A stretch of 32,000 bases of DNA from Vibrio vulnificus CMCP6 (GCF_000039765.1 NC_004460.2:1650001-1682000); one strand, 5' to 3'; shown: positions 15,336 through 23,344, numbered from the stretch's first letter. The notes: generated by a model not told the origin, from the sequence alone. Made by a program: numbers and translations.

Positions 15336-15950
15336 ATGAGACTGAATTTATTAGCCTGCGCAGTGTTGCCTATGTTGCTTACGGCTTGCGCGCAAATGCC
15401 GGATACCACCATGACTCGTCATCAAATCGATGATCTGCGCGACAGCGATAAAGATGGTGTGATCAACCAGCGTGACATTTGTGCAGACACACCATTGGGC
15501 ACTGAAGTCGACAGCAAAGGCTGTACTCGTTGGACGATTTATCAAAAAGTGGACATCAAAACCGTTTACTTCAATTTTGACGATGCCCATATTCGTCTCG
15601 ATCAATCGAGCGAGTTTGACGAGTTGCTGGCACTTTTAAATCAGGGCACAGAAGCAAAAGTCATTCTGGTCGGCGACACCAGCCCTGAAGGCAGCGACGA
15701 GTACAACCAAGTGTTGGCGAAAAAGCGCACCTCGGTATTAAAAGAGGCGTTAATCGAAAACGGCATCGCACCAGAGCGCATTTCTGAGCAGGAATTTACC
15801 CAAGTGACCGCGTTGACGGAGAAACTCAAAGACCGCAAACGCCGTACCATCGCGGTGATCACCCAGCCAGATATGAAAACCGAAGCGAAGTGGACGATTT
15901 ATACCTCAGAGCAAGAATCGTCCAATCTCAAACGAACTGTTCGTCAATAA
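15336..15950 (+). CDS. Lipoprotein with a thrombospondin type-3-like Ca-binding motif and an OmpA C-terminal (peptidoglycan-binding) domain
   Basis: Lipobox LLTA|C (Cys18). DSDKDGVINQRDICADTP (nt 15441-15494) fits the DxDxDGxxDxxDxC TSP3 pattern. The OmpA_C-like segment is VYFNFDDAHIRLDQSSEFDELLALLNQGTEAKVILVGDTSPEGSDEYNQVLAKKRTSVLKEALIENGI. The ATG is 1 nt after the TolC-family stop (TAA-t-ATG). Confidence 0.85.
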   Translation: MRLNLLACAVLPMLLTACAQMPDTTMTRHQIDDLRDSDKDGVINQRDICADTPLGTEVDSKGCTRWTIYQKVDIKTVYFNFDDAHIRLDQSSEFDELLALLNQGTEAKVILVGDTSPEGSDEYNQVLAKKRTSVLKEALIENGIAPERISEQEFTQVTALTEKLKDRKRRTIAVITQPDMKTEAKWTIYTSEQESSNLKRTVRQ

Positions 15951-15977
15951 CGGGTGGCAATCATGAAGGGAGCAAAA

Positions 15978-16886
15978 ATGAAATTAATCAATGGTTGTAT
16001 CACCACATTGGCTGGGTTGTCGTTGAGTGCGGGAGTTTGGGCTGAGGAAAGTTCACGTATTTTGGTTGAGCAAGAATTGATGGCGGTTGCTAACGATTTA
16101 ATCCAATCGGCAGAGCTCGATATCACCGCGCGAAAAAGTGCCGATGTGCAAGGCGCAATGATCGACAACCAAGCGCATCTGGGTATCAGCTCACGTAAAT
16201 GGCTCGACAGTGAAATCGCCTTGTTTGAACACAAGTATGGTTATCGCCCGACTGAACTGTTTTTCACTTCAGACGTCATTACCATCTTGGTAAATGAGGA
16301 GAATCCGATTGGTGGGGTAACCATTGACGAGTTGGAGTTGATCTTCGGTTGTCATGACCAACCTGAACAGATGCAGTGGAATAAGATTCTTGGTGAAGAG
16401 TATCAAACCATCAAACCTGTGGCAGTAGAAAACGAACTGGCTAAGCATCTCAACTTTTCTAAGCTGGTGGAGTGTGAATCGCCTCAAAGCTCGCTTACCC
16501 AGTATTATCCTGAGCGTGAGCAACTTATTGAGGCCATCGCCGATGACAAGAACCTGATGGGTTACACCGTTTATGCAGAGCTTGAGAGTGGTGTACGCCG
16601 CCTTGATATCATCAACCGCAATGGCGAACGTTTTGACCTCAACAAAGAGACGATTTTGTCTGGCCGCTATCCATTGTCTAACGTCTATTATCTTTACCTT
16701 AATTTGCCGCCCAATCGCAATTACCTCACCGATGCGGAGAAGTATTTCGTCGGTTTAACATTAGGAGAAGAGGGGCAGGAAACCATTGCAGAGCACGGCT
16801 TCATTAGTTTGCCGCCAGAGGCAATTCATCGTAATCGAGTCCGCCTCTCGCTTGACGCACCAATTGTGTATGGTGGCTACAAGTAG
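15978..16886 (+). CDS. Orphan PstS-like (PBP_like_2 fold) periplasmic binding protein with degenerate anion-binding motifs
   Basis: I prefer the ATG at 15978 (AAGGGAG RBS, signal peptide MKLINGCITTLAGLSLSAGVWA|EE) over the GTG at 15954. PstS-family landmarks are SSRKWLDSE, ITILVNEENPIGGVTIDELELIFG, NLMGYTVYAE, ETILSGRYPLSNVYYLYL and GQETIAEHGFISLP. No ABC permease or ATPase partner is nearby. Confidence 0.78.
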   Translation: MKLINGCITTLAGLSLSAGVWAEESSRILVEQELMAVANDLIQSAELDITARKSADVQGAMIDNQAHLGISSRKWLDSEIALFEHKYGYRPTELFFTSDVITILVNEENPIGGVTIDELELIFGCHDQPEQMQWNKILGEEYQTIKPVAVENELAKHLNFSKLVECESPQSSLTQYYPEREQLIEAIADDKNLMGYTVYAELESGVRRLDIINRNGERFDLNKETILSGRYPLSNVYYLYLNLPPNRNYLTDAEKYFVGLTLGEEGQETIAEHGFISLPPEAIHRNRVRLSLDAPIVYGGYK

Positions 16887-16924
16887 CCTTAAAACGTGCA
16901 GATAGAAGCAACATGATCACGATG

Positions 16925-16950
16925 AGCCGAGAGAAATCTCGGCTTATTTT
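16925..16950 (+). terminator. Rho-independent terminator ending the adhesin/T1SS operon
   Basis: Perfect 8-bp stem AGCCGAGA / TCTCGGCT with a GAAA tetraloop, followed by TATTTT. Confidence 0.85.
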
Positions 16951-17065
16951 ATGGAATCGAACTCACTCGCTTACCAATTAATCATCATCTCAGTTACACC
17001 ATGATTGTGTCTGCTTCCAAATCTCGACAGCAAACAAAGATTGCACGTTGCCCGATTCTGATCGT

Positions 17066-17094
17066 TTGTGATTACCATGGCGCGGTTCTATAAA
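17066..17094 (+). promoter_or_regulatory. Candidate sigma70 promoter for the carbonic anhydrase gene
   Basis: TTGTGA, a 17-nt spacer and TATAAA, about 25 nt upstream of the preferred ATG. This is a consensus match only. Confidence 0.35.
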
Positions 17095-17118
17095 ACACAA
17101 CGAAAGCAAGGAAAGAAA

Positions 17119-17841
17119 ATGAAAAAAACAGTGATAGCCGCAGTGCTTGCGACCGGTCTAACGGCGATGGGATGCCATGCCGCCGAATGGGGTTATGAGG
17201 GTAAACATGGACCAGAGCACTGGGGAGAGATTGCCAAAGAGTGTGCGATGGGGAAAAACCAAAGCCCGATTGATATCCGTCAGCCAACACAAGCTGATCT
17301 CAAAGGTTTAGACCTGCACTATTCAGGCCAAGTGATTGCACTGAGTAACAATGGCCACACATTGCAGGGAAGCCTATCTGGCGAGAATGTACTGGATATT
17401 GACGGTAAAAGCTTTGAACTGAAACAATTTCACTTCCATACGCCATCTGAAAACTTGATCCAAGGTAAGCAATATCCGCTAGAGGCGCACTTTGTGCATG
17501 CAGACAAAGCGGGCAACTTGGCGGTGGTGGCTGTGATGTTTGAGTCGGGTAGCCAAAACCAAGCGTTGAACTCGTTGATTGCAAAAGTGCCAAAAGCGGG
17601 TGAGGAAGTAAAACTAGCCCAAGCGTTTGACGTTAACGACTTGATTCCTGCGCACTCCGAGTACTATCGCTTTAACGGTTCACTCACTACGCCTCCTTGT
17701 AGCGAGGGCGTTCGTTGGCTCGTGATTAAGGAAGCCAGTGAGCTGTCACCCACTCAGACGCACGTATTGATGCAGGCTATGGGCCAAAATAACCGCCCGG
17801 TTCAGCCACTTAATGCTCGTGTTGTATTAAGCAAAGAGTAA
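17119..17841 (+). CDS. Secreted alpha-class carbonic anhydrase
   Basis: Start chosen at the ATG at 17119 (AAGGAAAG RBS, signal peptide MKKTVIAAVLATGLTAMGCHA|AEW). Alpha-CA hallmarks are HGPEHWG, QSPIDI, the zinc histidines in FHFHTPSEN and EAHFVH, and the gatekeeper LTTPPCSEGVRW. Confidence 0.93.
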   Translation: MKKTVIAAVLATGLTAMGCHAAEWGYEGKHGPEHWGEIAKECAMGKNQSPIDIRQPTQADLKGLDLHYSGQVIALSNNGHTLQGSLSGENVLDIDGKSFELKQFHFHTPSENLIQGKQYPLEAHFVHADKAGNLAVVAVMFESGSQNQALNSLIAKVPKAGEEVKLAQAFDVNDLIPAHSEYYRFNGSLTTPPCSEGVRWLVIKEASELSPTQTHVLMQAMGQNNRPVQPLNARVVLSKE

Positions 17842-17902
17842 CGATTGAAGATGGCATTTTGACTGGTGATTCACCGTCAGTTGGCGCCACGTATTTAATT
17901 AA

Positions 17903-17945
17903 AAAGCCCGCGCTGAATCATCAAGCACGGGCTTTGTTGTTTATT
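17903..17945. terminator. Bidirectional terminator between the carbonic anhydrase and MscS-family genes
   Basis: GCCCGCGC / GCACGGGC stem (one mismatch) with A-run and T-run flanks on both sides, lying between convergent genes. Confidence 0.7.
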
Positions 17946-17969
17946 TGGTGTTTTGTTCTAAGGTGAACG

Positions 17970-19073
17970 TTACTCCGATTGAGAGCGGTTGGATTCCATC
18001 AGCCCAGCTTGAACGGGGTCAAACTTCAATGTTTGAGTCGGGAAGGCAATATCTGCACCGTTTTTCTGAATAATTTCCATCACTTTGAGTAGTACATCTT
18101 GCTTCACACCGTGGTATTCCACCCAGTTCACCGTTTTGGTAAACGTGTAGACAAAGAAGTTGAGTGACGAAGAACCAAAGCTATTAAAATTCACGATCAA
18201 GGTCTGATTTGCATCGATATCGGGGTGATGTTTCAGCATCTCACGCACTTGCTCAATGATTTGAGGTAGCTTATTACAATCGTCATAACGCACACCAATG
18301 GTTTCGTAAATACGACGATTGAGCATGCGCGAAGGGTTTTCCACCACAATATTGCTAAACACCGAATTGGGTACATACAATGGGCGTTTATCAAAGGTGC
18401 GAATAATGGTCATTCGCCAACCGATGCGCTCGACGGTGCCTTCAATTTGGCGATCCGGAGATCGTACCCAATCTCCCACTTTGAATGGACGGTCAAAGTA
18501 GATCATCAAACCACCAAAGAAGTTTGAAAGAAGGTCTTTGGCCGCTAAACCGACGATCAAACCACCCACGCCACCGAAGGTTAACAAGCCAGACAAACTC
18601 AGGCCAAACACCTGCATCATGGTCAGCGTGCCGATGGTAAGAATAAATAACCTCGCCACCTTAGCAGTGGCTTGCACTGTGGTCTCGTCGTAGCTTTGAG
18701 CAGCCAAAACATACTCTTCTGCGCGATTGACAAAGCGCATGACAATCCAAACTAGCAGCGAAATCACCATGATGAGTTTCGCGGTGCCAAGCCAAGCTAA
18801 GCTTTGGCCGGTTTGGCTTTGGACGATAATGCCAAGAGAGATGGTTCCTGGCCAAAGCCAGATAAAAGTGCTGATAGGGGTTCTAAAAGCTTCCAGCAGA
18901 AGATCATCCCAGTGAAGTCGGGTTTTCTCTGCCAACTGATGCAAGCGCGATGCGACGACGCGCCAGACGATCCATGCGATGGCGCTGCAACCTGTAATAA
19001 ACAGGACACTGCCGAACCAATCCTTGTGATTACTAAAGAGTGCTCGTTGCAGCTCAATTAACCAATCATTCAT
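17970..19073 (-). CDS. MscS-family mechanosensitive channel (multi-TM, YnaI-like size)
   Basis: The pore-lining and beta-domain signature is GGVGGLIVGLAAKDLLSNFFGGLMIYFDRPFKVGDWV...IEGTVERIGWRMTIIRTFDKRPLYVPNSVFSNIVVENPSRM. Several N-terminal TM helices precede it. Confidence 0.9.
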   Translation of the reverse strand: MNDWLIELQRALFSNHKDWFGSVLFITGCSAIAWIVWRVVASRLHQLAEKTRLHWDDLLLEAFRTPISTFIWLWPGTISLGIIVQSQTGQSLAWLGTAKLIMVISLLVWIVMRFVNRAEEYVLAAQSYDETTVQATAKVARLFILTIGTLTMMQVFGLSLSGLLTFGGVGGLIVGLAAKDLLSNFFGGLMIYFDRPFKVGDWVRSPDRQIEGTVERIGWRMTIIRTFDKRPLYVPNSVFSNIVVENPSRMLNRRIYETIGVRYDDCNKLPQIIEQVREMLKHHPDIDANQTLIVNFNSFGSSSLNFFVYTFTKTVNWVEYHGVKQDVLLKVMEIIQKNGADIAFPTQTLKFDPVQAGLMESNRSQSE

Positions 19074-19258
19074 ATTGAAAAACTCATCGTTTGAATCAAA
19101 ACCCGAAAGGTATCAGAAAATCGATGAATAACCCAAAAAAGCGATGAGAAAAAGTGATTTGCGGGTCAATGATTGGCTTTGCCTATAGCCGCTGTGTGTG
19201 AACATGATCGAGTTTTGTGCAACAAGTACCGTTTCTGAAGCAGAAAACAGCCTGTTTT

Positions 19259-19288
19259 TTGACTTATAACTAACACTTTAGTTATTAA
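19259..19288 (+). promoter_or_regulatory. Candidate sigma70 promoter with an embedded perfect palindromic operator
   Basis: TTGACT (19259-19264), an 18-nt spacer and TATTAA (19283-19288). The spacer and -10 region are occupied by ATAACTAA-CACT-TTAGTTAT (19266-19285), which has 8-bp perfect arms. Confidence 0.5.
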
Positions 19289-19332
19289 TTCATGAGAGTT
19301 TTCTACTCAGATTGGATGATTGGGGAAAAGTG

Positions 19333-19680
19333 ATGGAATTTACTGAGAAGGATCGTATTGCGCTTTACGATATCTGGATGTCGCAAAAAGCAAAAATGCA
19401 TATTACGCAGATGGAAATGACGCGACGTCTTGGCCTTAATCATCACGAATTCTCTGCTTATTTACGTGGCGATACGCCGCTGACATTGGGTTTTATCAAC
19501 CAACTGTGCGAGCAGCTCCACGTGCAACCTTTCAAAGTGATTCCTTCACTTTCTCGTCGTGACCTCTCAACGTCGCAGACGATCTTTTTGCAAAACAAGG
19601 TCACGGTTGATGGGGTGATCCGCAACGTGTATGTGGAAGGTAATCAGGTCATTATTGAATATGAGCATCCAATTAATTGA
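19333..19680 (+). CDS. Small XRE/Cro-type helix-turn-helix protein (115 aa) with a short beta-rich C-terminal tail
   Basis: The HTH-like segment is ITQMEMTRRLGLNHHEFSAYLRGDTPLTLGFINQLCEQL. I prefer the ATG at 19333 (GGGGA RBS 6 nt upstream) over the TTG at 19312. I do not recognise a specific family. Confidence 0.65.
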   Translation: MEFTEKDRIALYDIWMSQKAKMHITQMEMTRRLGLNHHEFSAYLRGDTPLTLGFINQLCEQLHVQPFKVIPSLSRRDLSTSQTIFLQNKVTVDGVIRNVYVEGNQVIIEYEHPIN

Positions 19681-19888
19681 TGCTGTAAATGCATATTCTT
19701 CTACATTTCTTCATTTGCTTTTATATGGTCGTAAATTTGGCGTTTGTCATTTTTATGGCGTTAACCTTATGAAATTATTAGCATTTTATATAGACAAAAA
19801 CGTGACCAAGATCTAGAATTTCGTCTTTCCAACTTTTGGCTTTGTTCCCAGAGCACGGAAGCGAACATTTGATAGATTGAGGCGTTAA

Positions 19889-21517
19889 ATGCAATTTTCT
19901 CTAAAAAACTTGTCCGTTCGAACCCAAGTTTTAGTTCCTGTTATGTTGACTGCACTGGCTTTGCTGATTTCTCTTTGGATCACCAAAGACAAGCTGCAAG
20001 CAGAGCAAGATATCATCACTCATAACACCAATTCTCTGGTTTTCTACAAAGACACATTGGCAAAGATTGACGACGCGGTTTACCCGTTGCGAATTAGCGC
20101 GGTTTACGCCATTTACGATGCGAACCGTCGTGATGCATTCCTAGCGCAACTTAAGCAAGGTGCGAAAGAGATCAATCTGGATTTGGATCAGATGGCGAAG
20201 CAGGGCGACTTCCGCACAGAAGCGGCTGAAGTGCGTAAAGCGATCAACAACTACATCGACTATTCGACCAGTGCAGTGAGCTTCTTTGGTCGCCATGATC
20301 AAGGCACTGTCTCGGCGGCAGAATACAACCGCTTTATCGCGGATTACCGCAAAGTGGGCGATGACATGGTATCAGCTATCAACGCGATGTCGCAGAAAGT
20401 GAACCGTGTTGCTTCTGAAACAATGGCGAAAAGTAACCGTGATAACGTTCATGTACAAAACATGGCAACCATTACGGTCCTTGGTGTGTTGGCGCTCTCC
20501 TTGTTGGTGGCATGGTTCCTCTCTGGCATGATTGTGACACCCGTGATCAAGCTACAAGCGGTGATGCGTGAACTCTCACAAGGTAACCTTTCTGTTCGTG
20601 CGGACGTCGATGGCGACAATGAAATTGCGCACCTTAGCAAAGACGTGAACACCACAGCGAGCCAGTTGCACAGCACGGTGGAACACCTGATCCGTATTTC
20701 TGAAGAAGTGGCATCGGCATCAACAGAGCTTGCCGCTGTCATGACACAATCTGAAGCAAACGCGCAACAAGAGTTGGCGGAAATTGAACAAGTCGCTTCT
20801 GCCGTGAACGAGCTTGCAAGTACCGCGAACAACGTTAGCGATAACGCGACCTCGGCGGATGCAACTGCTCGTGAAACAGACGGTTTAGCGAAATCGGGTT
20901 TGGCGATCTTTAAAGAGAGTGCCGAAGCAAGCCAACAGATGTCATCGGCACTGAACGATGCCGCACGCGTGGTATTGAGCTTGAAAGAGCAATCCGTGCA
21001 GATCAACGATGTGATTGAAGTGATTCGTGGCGTTTCTGAGCAAACCAACCTGCTAGCGCTGAATGCGGCAATTGAAGCTGCCCGTGCTGGTGAATCTGGC
21101 CGTGGTTTTGCGGTAGTGGCAGACGAAGTACGTATGTTGGCGGCTCGTACGCAAGATTCAACCAAAGAAATTCAAGAGATCATTGAGCAGCTTCAACTGC
21201 AATCTGGCCTAGCCAATGACAGCATGCAAGAGAGCTTGAACATGCTAGAGCGCAACAACGAACTGACTCAACGAGCAAATGATGCTTTGGTTGGTATTAC
21301 TGAAGCTGTCGCGAACATTAATGATTCGAACGCACAAGTGGCAACGGCAGCGGAAGAACAATCACAAGTGACACAAGACATCAACCGCAACGTCGTGAAC
21401 ATGTCTGAACTGGTGAACCAAAACGTAGCGGGTATCAGCCAAAGCGCCAGCGCAAGTAACGAACTCTCTCATCTAGCGGAAAAACAAAAAGCCCAATTGA
21501 GCTTCTTCCGTCTGTAA
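19889..21517 (+). CDS. Methyl-accepting chemotaxis protein (four-helix-bundle-type periplasmic sensor, HAMP, signalling domain)
   Basis: Two TM segments flank a ~170-aa helical periplasmic region. A HAMP domain ([35 protein letters not shown]) follows. The conserved signalling hairpin is [47 protein letters not shown] is present. Confidence 0.93.
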   Translation: MQFSLKNLSVRTQVLVPVMLTALALLISLWITKDKLQAEQDIITHNTNSLVFYKDTLAKIDDAVYPLRISAVYAIYDANRRDAFLAQLKQGAKEINLDLDQMAKQGDFRTEAAEVRKAINNYIDYSTSAVSFFGRHDQGTVSAAEYNRFIADYRKVGDDMVSAINAMSQKVNRVASETMAKSNRDNVHVQNMATITVLGVLALSLLVAWFLSGMIVTPVIKLQAVMRELSQGNLSVRADVDGDNEIAHLSKDVNTTASQLHSTVEHLIRISEEVASASTELAAVMTQSEANAQQELAEIEQVASAVNELASTANNVSDNATSADATARETDGLAKSGLAIFKESAEASQQMSSALNDAARVVLSLKEQSVQINDVIEVIRGVSEQTNLLALNAAIEAARAGESGRGFAVVADEVRMLAARTQDSTKEIQEIIEQLQLQSGLANDSMQESLNMLERNNELTQRANDALVGITEAVANINDSNAQVATAAEEQSQVTQDINRNVVNMSELVNQNVAGISQSASASNELSHLAEKQKAQLSFFRL

Positions 21518-21532
21518 TCACCATTCAAAACG

Positions 21533-21564
21533 AAGAAAACCGTCCTAGCGACGGTTTTCTTTTA
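21533..21564. terminator. Bidirectional terminator between the MCP and PilZ genes
   Basis: 12-bp perfect stem AAGAAAACCGTC / GACGGTTTTCTT with loop CTAGC and T/A-rich flanks, lying between convergent genes. Confidence 0.85.
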
Positions 21565-21588
21565 TCGACAAGCAACTTATCGGCACGC

Positions 21589-22335
21589 CTAACGTTTGAG
21601 CTTGAGCTTGGTTCCGTCAAACTTCAAATGACCAAGTAAGTTTTTCGCATTGTGCTTGCCGAAATCATCAAATTCGACACCGTAACGCGCGTAATGCGTT
21701 GAACGCTGTAAATTACAGACTTTTCCTTTCAGCGGCGCTAAGGTTGGCCCACCTGCTTTCCCGAGTAGAATCTCCAATGACACTTCATCACCCACAGTGA
21801 AAGTTCGGCTCATTGGCGCCGTGACAAAGCGACACCCGCCACGAGAGAGGTCGCGAATTTCACATTCCACCTTATAGTCATTAACGTAAGCTTTCGCCGG
21901 GAGGTTAACCTCGTAGCGCGTCTCTTTGCGAAGCTGAGCCACTTGCATGGTGCTTGGCACGCTGAGTACGAGAACGGGGAATGGGTCGCCTAAACGGTGA
22001 GTCAGTTGACTACGAAAATGGATGATGGCGCCTTCACCTCGGTGAGAAAGGGCTTTAACGTTTATCCAAAAGCCTTCTTGGAAGTAAAACTTAAGATCGT
22101 CTTCAGAAATCTGCGGTATCTCAACCAGCATGGCATTGCCAGAATGTGACCCAACAAATAGGCTTGTGGTTAAAAATTTGGTTCCAACTGGCGTCGTTAC
22201 ATTGAGTGTGATTTCACTACCATGTTCAATCATTGCAAGCGCATCGGTACTGTTGAAAGTGCTCGTTAAGCGCTGAGCATGATTTGGCGCTAATGCGTGA
22301 TTGCGTCCTTGGAGTTTAGCCATAGGTAAATTCAT
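21589..22335 (-). CDS. YcgR-like c-di-GMP receptor (PilZN-type N-terminal domain plus PilZ domain)
   Basis: The canonical PilZ motifs are RKETR (RxxxR) and DLSRGG (DxSxxG). The length (248 aa) and two-domain layout are as in YcgR/PlzC/PlzD-type proteins. Confidence 0.85.
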   Translation of the reverse strand: MNLPMAKLQGRNHALAPNHAQRLTSTFNSTDALAMIEHGSEITLNVTTPVGTKFLTTSLFVGSHSGNAMLVEIPQISEDDLKFYFQEGFWINVKALSHRGEGAIIHFRSQLTHRLGDPFPVLVLSVPSTMQVAQLRKETRYEVNLPAKAYVNDYKVECEIRDLSRGGCRFVTAPMSRTFTVGDEVSLEILLGKAGGPTLAPLKGKVCNLQRSTHYARYGVEFDDFGKHNAKNLLGHLKFDGTKLKLKR

Positions 22336-22514
22336 TGTTCCTTATCCTAATGAAACGGCCTGCAACGTTGTAATTGTGCGGATTCATAGCGCAAAAGTTC
22401 ATCTACACTGAATGAATCTAGCTTAATAAGTTTAGTGTATATGTTCAGTTAAAGATTTTATTTAGCTGTTGTTATTGATTCAATGCTGATTACGCAAAAA
22501 TAGGGAGAGAAATT

Positions 22515-22790
22515 GTGAATCATGTCACTCATGATGAGAAAAATGCGCTTTTTCAAGTTCATTTAGAGGGGATGTACTACGCAACGGTTCGCTATCAGCT
22601 GCATGATGATGTTATGTCCATCACTTCCACTCGCGTCCCAGAAGAGCTGCGTGGAGGAGGGTATGGTAAATTGATGATGGAAGCCGTATTGCCGATTATC
22701 GAGGCACAAGGCTACAAGATCGTCCCTGTTTGTAGCTATGTTAAACATTATTTAGAGCGACACTCTGAGTGGCATCACCTGAAAGCATGA
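22515..22790 (+). CDS. Minimal GNAT-fold protein, YjdJ-like (91 aa)
   Basis: GTG start with an AGGGAGAG RBS. ELRGGGYGKLMMEAVLPIIEAQGYKIVPVCSYVKHYLERHSEW resembles E. coli YjdJ as I recall it (LKGQGIGKQLV...KIIPLCPFAKHEF). Confidence 0.7.
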   Translation: MNHVTHDEKNALFQVHLEGMYYATVRYQLHDDVMSITSTRVPEELRGGGYGKLMMEAVLPIIEAQGYKIVPVCSYVKHYLERHSEWHHLKA

Positions 22791-22815
22791 AAAAGCCAGC
22801 GAAAGCTGGCTTTTT
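22790..22815. terminator. Bidirectional terminator between the two GNAT genes
   Basis: AAAAAGCCAGC-GAAA-GCTGGCTTTTT, a perfect 11-bp stem with a tetraloop and A/T runs on both sides. Confidence 0.88.
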
Positions 22816-22843
22816 GAGCTAAATCGTCTCGATTTGAAGTGAA

Positions 22844-23344
22844 CTACTGGGTATTTGGGTTGATTCTTGCCATATAGTAGGTGTTAATAAATCGCCCTTC
22901 GCGAAACGAGGAATCGACGGCTTCACCTTCAATCACAAAACCATGCTTTTTATAGAGAGAAATCGCCTTTTCATTATCGACATTCACTTCGATCTGAATT
23001 CTTCTTACATTGAGCCAGTTATCTGCCAGTTCCGTGACGGTTTCGATCAACTTGCTGCCAATGCCTAAGCCGTGAAAATCATCGTGTACGCCAATGCCAA
23101 ATGAAGCACAGTGCGCCGTTCTTGGCCTTTGTGAGTGCTGAAATCCAATATTGCCAACCACTTTCCCATCAACTATTGCTACATAGCTATACACACCCGC
23201 AGGGATGCTCGATAGCCTTTCCTGCCACATCGCCACTGACGGTTTTGGGAGCTGCAGGGTCTCACGTTGTGCCTTAGGTTGAGAATAAAGCTCAACGAGT
23301 GCTTCGGCGTCCTCGATTGAGGTTGGACGAATAGTAATCTCCAT
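22844..23344 (-). CDS. yhhY: GNAT family N-acetyltransferase, YhhY-like
   Basis: TLQLPKPSVAMWQERL, QRPRTAHCASFGIGVHDDFHGLGIGSKL and NWLNVRRIQIEVNVDNEKAISLYKKHGFVIEGE...YYMARI closely parallel my recollection of E. coli YhhY (TLQVPHPSDHMWQERL...QRPRRSHVADFGICVD...NWLRVDRIELTVFVDNAPAIKVYKKFGFEIEG...YYMARV). Confidence 0.75.
   Translation of the reverse strand: MEITIRPTSIEDAEALVELYSQPKAQRETLQLPKPSVAMWQERLSSIPAGVYSYVAIVDGKVVGNIGFQHSQRPRTAHCASFGIGVHDDFHGLGIGSKLIETVTELADNWLNVRRIQIEVNVDNEKAISLYKKHGFVIEGEAVDSSFREGRFINTYYMARINPNTQ

Noticed and set aside
17068-17118. Longer N-terminal extensions offered by the ORF track for the carbonic anhydrase (ATG 17068), the PstS-like protein (GTG 15954) and the HTH protein (TTG 19312)
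   Set aside because: The internal ATGs (17119, 15978, 19333) have proper Shine-Dalgarno spacing. For the two exported proteins they also yield canonical signal peptides. The extensions add basic, non-signal residues.
19631-19816. 61-aa plus-strand ORF overlapping the end of the HTH gene and the AT-rich spacer before the MCP gene
   Set aside because: It lies mostly in AT-rich intergenic DNA, has no RBS, gives a hydrophobic/aromatic nonsense-like product and overlaps a better-supported gene.
19837-19852. TGGC...N...CC sequence upstream of the MCP gene that briefly looked like a sigma54 -24/-12 element. I also searched for a FliA-type TAAAG-N15-GCCGATAA promoter here and near 22460
   Set aside because: The -12 TTGC element is absent at the required spacing, and no GCCGATAA-like -10 was found.
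20449-21165. 238-aa minus-strand ORF inside the chemoreceptor gene
   Set aside because: This is the usual open antisense frame of an Ala/Glu/Gln-rich MCP signalling domain. The product is Ala/Ser/Cys/Arg-rich low-complexity sequence.
22515-23344. The idea that the two small GNAT genes form a GNAT-toxin/antitoxin pair
   Set aside because: The genes are convergent rather than co-transcribed, and neither partner is an RHH or HTH antitoxin. Both resemble ordinary housekeeping-type E. coli proteins (YjdJ, YhhY).
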